Origin: Enoplolaimus lenunculus
Taxonomy: Eukaryota
Assembly: GCA_030248215.1 (NCBI GenBank)
Contig: JASANG010001402.1
Location: 496,001 to 560,000 of the forward strand
Reading direction: 5' to 3'
DNA length: 64,000 bases
Below, piece by piece: positions 61,017 through 64,000 of the stretch. Position numbers and translations under genes: made by a program. Each line of letters opens with the position of its first letter. Position 1 is the stretch's first letter. Under the pieces are notes generated by a model, which saw only the letters and a program-made list of their open reading frames with translations, searched no databases and was not told where the DNA came from.

Positions 61017-62711
61017 CCCGGGGTGTTCGGCAAACGAGCGCTTCGGACTTAAACAACAGATAATTAAATCAGTATTGTATGTTATCAATACGAAAAGTCC
61101 GGACCAAAAAAGACGAAAAATCAGGCCGCTAAAATGCACATAAATAGATCTTAATATTTTAACAACCCATAGTGTTGTCAAAAAATGGTTCGATTGGCAT
61201 TTTTGACAAATTTCGAAAATTTAGACTTTGAAAATTGTCGAAATTTAGAAACAGACTCTACAAAAACTACAATTTTATTTAAAATTCGTAATACTTGACT
61301 ACTAAACGCACCGGATTCTCCGACAAAAATTGTACCGGAACCTTAAGTCGATTTCTTATGTCCGACCCGCAATTTTCTCTGAAATGCCAGAAAACTGGTC
61401 CATTTTTCGTAAAGGTAATCGCTATCGATTTATGATTAAATTGGCCATGTATAGAACAGGGCCGAAATCTAGTGGGATATATAAACGTATTCCTAAGTCT
61501 AAAGTCTAAGCGTAAGGTTTAACCTATGCCTTAGCCTAAGCCAAAGTTGCCGAATTTAAAACTATAAACAGCTGAGTCCAACTTCAGTTGACCATAACGA
61601 GCGTAATTTTTGGAGTTACTTACGGTAACTTTGAATAAACATTCTAAAACCTCTTTGAGAGTGCTATCGACAGTCAAAAGCTTAAGCTTTAGTCTGTTAT
61701 ATAGTCTCGCAGGGAAACGTTCCGGCTATGTTGCATACATTGGCCGCAGGGTGCAACCGGAATTATAAAATACTGGAACAAGAGTCAAAAAATACCGGAA
61801 CCGGAGAACAAAAATACTTACCGAAATTCCTTTTAATGCTATTTTATCGCATTTAATGTTGTAAACACAGTTTACAATGTCAAAATCCTGAAACATGCTG
61901 TAGCTGGAAAGGTAGGACAAATTATGTAGCATGGCACAAATTGAAAATTTTGGCAACACACGCTTAGACAATTGTACCGAATCGTGGTAACCTCTGGCAA
62001 GTTTTACCCGGGGCGGGAAATCGATTTGCAGTCGGAGCCGGACTTCAACCTGGTTCTACGTTCGCACATTTATAAAACTACGGAAAATTTCACGTTTCAA
62101 ACTAGCACAGCCTGCACCAAAAAATCTATCGGAGCCCAAGATCATTTATGCAGGAGCCGTACGTGTAGCAAAATTAGGTAGTTACCTGCCGTCACACTGG
62201 TGCAGGATTTAGTTGTTTGCATGAATGAAACACTAGACCCGAGTGCCAAATTTGTGTTTGATTGTCGCCCTGAGATGCCTTCTTATTCACTCAATTAACA
62301 CAAACATTTATGAATTTACTTTACATGAAACGATAATACGTGATAAATGTGTAAAAATATTTTATATTAAATGTATTTTTTGTTGGACTAGCAAATCCAG
62401 GCCCGACAGTAATGCAAGCCGGTTCCGTTTTGCCACAGTGGTTAAAGATACACATCCAATTTGTAACTTTTAAAAATAACATCAGCCGATGTATAAGAAT
62501 TCAATCCAGACATTCATAAAAAATTATTTCTCGAAAAAAACTACTCACTACTAGTTGTTATCGGGTAGTACGACTTAGCAGTACGCATAGAACATCGAAA
62601 TCTAACACCAGTGATCAAAAATTGAAAATAAATCAAAATATTCATGACGCACATATAATAAAATCTCATTCAATGATCGACGTGATGAAACAACATGGTA
62701 CAAAAGATGAT

Positions 62712-62892
62712 TTATGCAAAATAGCAAATACAATAAAAACCCAATACAATAAAACCAGACCATACTATTGCATTTAACCTATGATTCTCACAATCGTGAC
62801 CGATATTATTGGACAGTTGTTCGGTAGTCCCTCCCGCACTAGTGCTAATTGCTAATTCGTTAGAAAGCAAATCTATTCCCACAACTGTTTTC
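62712..62892 (-). CDS. Possible terminal exon of an unidentified minus-strand gene (hydrophobic C-terminal tail)
   Basis: Acceptor CTTAG, then an open frame KTVVGIDLLSNELAISTSAGG...NAIVWSGFIVLGFYCICYFA*. No upstream exon could be joined within the window. Confidence 0.25.
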
Positions 62893-63195
62893 CTAAGTCT
62901 TAGGCTGGCGTTTAGGCAAACGCTGACTCTAAGTCTCAACCGATTGTATTAATCCAGTTATTATATACAGAACTATTTTTAGGAGAAGTATTCCAGTATC
63001 TTTTAGCTCTAGAGGCTAACAGACAGATAGACAGATAGATATTAAGCTCACAATTTGTAATAAAGTGTTCAGACCAGTCATAAGTCTCCATATGATATTC
63101 AAATTACACGTAGCCGAGTCTATACCAAACTTAATTTTATTGAACAAAAACTAAAAACCCGACATCACAGTATGAACTGGTAGTATAACGTGAAC

Positions 63196-63361
63196 GGCCA
63201 ATGTTACTTTTAGGGGCGTAACAGTAGATTCAGCGTATTCCTCAGCGTTGCAAAAATGTGTTCCTAAGCCTAAGCCTAAGCAAAAAATGTAATACAGAAT
63301 CTAATCCTACACTTTTATAGACCCATCAGAAACCTGGATGTCCCTTAAAGTAACATGGGCC
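63196..63361. mobile_element. Merlin-like MITE with GCCTAA repeats (degenerate copy also at 63708-63882)
   Basis: GGCCAATGTTACTTTTAGGGGCG...CCCTTAAAGTAACATGGGCC; TSD ACGTGAAC/ATGTGAAT. Confidence 0.8.
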
Positions 63362-64000
63362 ATGTGAATAATAAACAGCAAACCATCTACATAATGAGAG
63401 TACGTACTTTACATGACAAAAAAATAAGAACGAGACAAACAACTGCACAGTTTTGCCAGATCACACACTTACAAGACAATAGAAAGTTACTTGGAGCAGT
63501 AATACTGCACATACCATATGCATATATGTAATCAGGAAGCATAATAGCTGAAAGCGGAAGTAACAACTATGTACACGGTCATTTACGTTCCCACTGACTG
63601 AATACAATCATACCTCAAGTCGTCATTTAGCAAAAATAGGTGTCTTAGGTTCTTTGATGGCTTGTTTCATGACTGCCAATAAACAACTTACTTCAACACC
63701 TAATTATGGCCCATGTTACCTTCAGAAACGTTTCATTTTCTGGACGGACTGTAAAGAGTATGATTAGATTTGACTGTATTTTTGTTTACGCTTAGAGTTG
63801 GGTTTATACTTTTTTCAACGCTTAAGCTTAGGCTTGGGAATATGTCTAATCTACTGCTACGGTGTTAAAAGTAACATCGACCCTATTATTTGCAAGAGAC
63901 TAAGTACATATTTCAAACTCTAACTCTAAGTTAGCACTAGTTTTTTAATCAGCTATATATAGTTTTGCACAGCAATAAGTTCTATCGTCTTGAACAAATG

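Overview
AT-rich, intron-rich animal genomic DNA (an invertebrate; compatible with a tunicate or other deuterostome, but the species cannot be determined from this window). Seven protein-coding genes were rebuilt by hand from splice sites and reading phase: KDM1B/LSD2 (+, 19 coding exons), CCDC137 (+, 7 exons), two tandem intron-containing linker histone H1 genes (+, 3 exons each), an ASAP-type BAR-PH-ArfGAP-ANK-SH3 gene (-, 25 exons), TMEM170 (+, 3 exons) and a fukutin-family gene (+, 5 exons). A 5'-truncated, frameshifted L1/Tx1-type LINE follows. Introns and intergenic DNA are crowded with non-autonomous DNA transposons, several of them nested: hAT-like MITEs (8-bp TSD), GG-ended Merlin-like MITEs carrying TTAGGC repeats (8-bp TSD), CACTG palindromic MITEs (TA TSD) and Helentron/DINE-like elements, plus a tRNA-derived SINE. 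Most short ORFs in the track are repeat or antisense artefacts. No clearly new multi-gene system is evident. The best leads are the mosaic, gene-conversion-like H1 duplication, a fukutin with an altered nucleotide-binding motif, telomere-repeat-bearing MITEs, and a long inverted repeat next to gene starts.
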